Assembly: GCA_951406725.2 (NCBI GenBank)
Contig: OX597818.1
Location: forward strand, 80,662,001 to 80,726,000
Reading direction: 5' to 3'
DNA length: 64,000 nt
DNA from: Octopus vulgaris
Lineage: Eukaryota
Both the position numbers and the translations under genes were made by a program. Numbering within the stretch: position 1 is the first letter of the stretch; the number at the start of each line of letters is the position of its first letter. Positions 62,971 through 64,000 of the stretch are shown here, piece by piece. The notes under the pieces are model-generated. The model saw nothing but the letters and a program-made list of their open reading frames with translations, ran no database searches and was not told where the DNA came from.

Positions 62971-63122
62971 CGAATGATACAAATACTATTAGTAAGAGAG
63001 AGGAGTTTTAAGAGCATCTTCGGTCATTACATCTGTACTTTGGGAAGTTCTGGTGTGGAAAGTTATATTATTATGAATGTGTTTGTGTGTATGAATGTCT
63101 TCATCATATATATATGTGTGTG

Positions 63123-63163
<41 letters not shown>

Positions 63164-63408
63164 TGACATAATATAATGTCTCAAAGTTGATGAACCACCT
63201 ATTGATTCTCTCCATTTTCTTATTGCTCTATAAATTAATGGTAAAATAACTCTTTACTGTCACCCATTTAGTACACTTGGTAATGTAATTGCAATGCAGT
63301 AAAAAGCACTTGTGTATTAATAATTGAGTATTCTACCAGCAGTATATTGGATAGATATTATCCCATAATTGGTTGAATTCGCAACCACTAACTTTCTTGG
63401 AATATATA

Positions 63409-63590
63409 TAGATCGTTAGCTACTACACACATTTTTTCTCTCCTTGTTTTTTCTGTGTACCTTTCTGTAGAAGAGCGTAGGCTCGAAATGTAAAAGACTT
63501 TTTCTATTCCTGAGTGCTATACTAATACATCTGTTTGTTTGTACACCACCTGTTTTCGTCTTTTGTTTATTTTCGTAAACTTTCCCTTTA
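63409..63590 (+). mobile_element. Short element with hammerhead-like motif, copy 4
   Basis: cttt-CTGTAGA-A-GAGC-gtag-GCTC-GAAA-tg-TA-aaag at 63461-63496; (TA)n on both sides. Confidence 0.65.
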
Positions 63591-63784
63591 TATATATATA
63601 TATTTGAGCACATGAGTGAGGGAACAAACAGAAGAAAATGGCTCTCAACACATTTGATAGGAGCTACATATATTTTCAATAAGTGTGACTCAGCTCCATA
63701 TAACTTAGTTTTATGAGTGAAATAAGACACACCCACCCATCTATCCATTTATCAATCAGTCTACCTGTCTATCTATCTATCTAC

Positions 63785-63828
<44 letters not shown>

Positions 63829-64000
63829 ATCTATCTATCTATTTATCCTGTCATACATACACCCCTATACATGTACACACATGCACCTCAAAGATTTGGT
63901 CATTCATTGAGTTTCATGATCTGGGGTCATTCAGGTGATTCAAGTCAAATATTTTAAATGGTTACATTCCATTGCCTGAGTATTATTCTCATTGTTTAAT

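Overview
AT-rich, microsatellite-dense animal genomic DNA with no intact protein-coding gene I can recognise. Almost every ORF in the track comes from a microsatellite or a SINE. The SINE repertoire (a CORE-type tRNA SINE, a Nin/Deu-domain SINE, RTE-tailed SINEs) points to an octopus or other coleoid cephalopod; this is inference. Recognisable relics: Penelope-like RT (60.75-61.18 kb), R4/Dong-type endonuclease end beside a (TAA)n tract (31.9-32.4 kb), CRE-type endonuclease end (57.6-58.3 kb), RTE 3' end with an A/B tandem array (47.0-47.6 kb), Tigger, mariner and hAT transposase fragments, a non-autonomous Helitron, a probable LTR and several MITEs with verifiable TSDs. Best leads: (1) four copies of a ~170-bp element with a minimal hammerhead-ribozyme-like fold, three with a non-canonical CUGUNGA core, near the Penelope RT relic; (2) foldback MITEs with GG termini, 8-bp TSDs and telomere-like cores; (3) CpG-decay domains (~36-52 kb and >60.5 kb) that may mark methylated gene bodies and contain candidate micro-exons; (4) a 36-bp minisatellite reading as 12-aa repeats; (5) an isolated ~106-nt hairpin. 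All alignments were done by eye, and coordinates of degraded elements are approximate.
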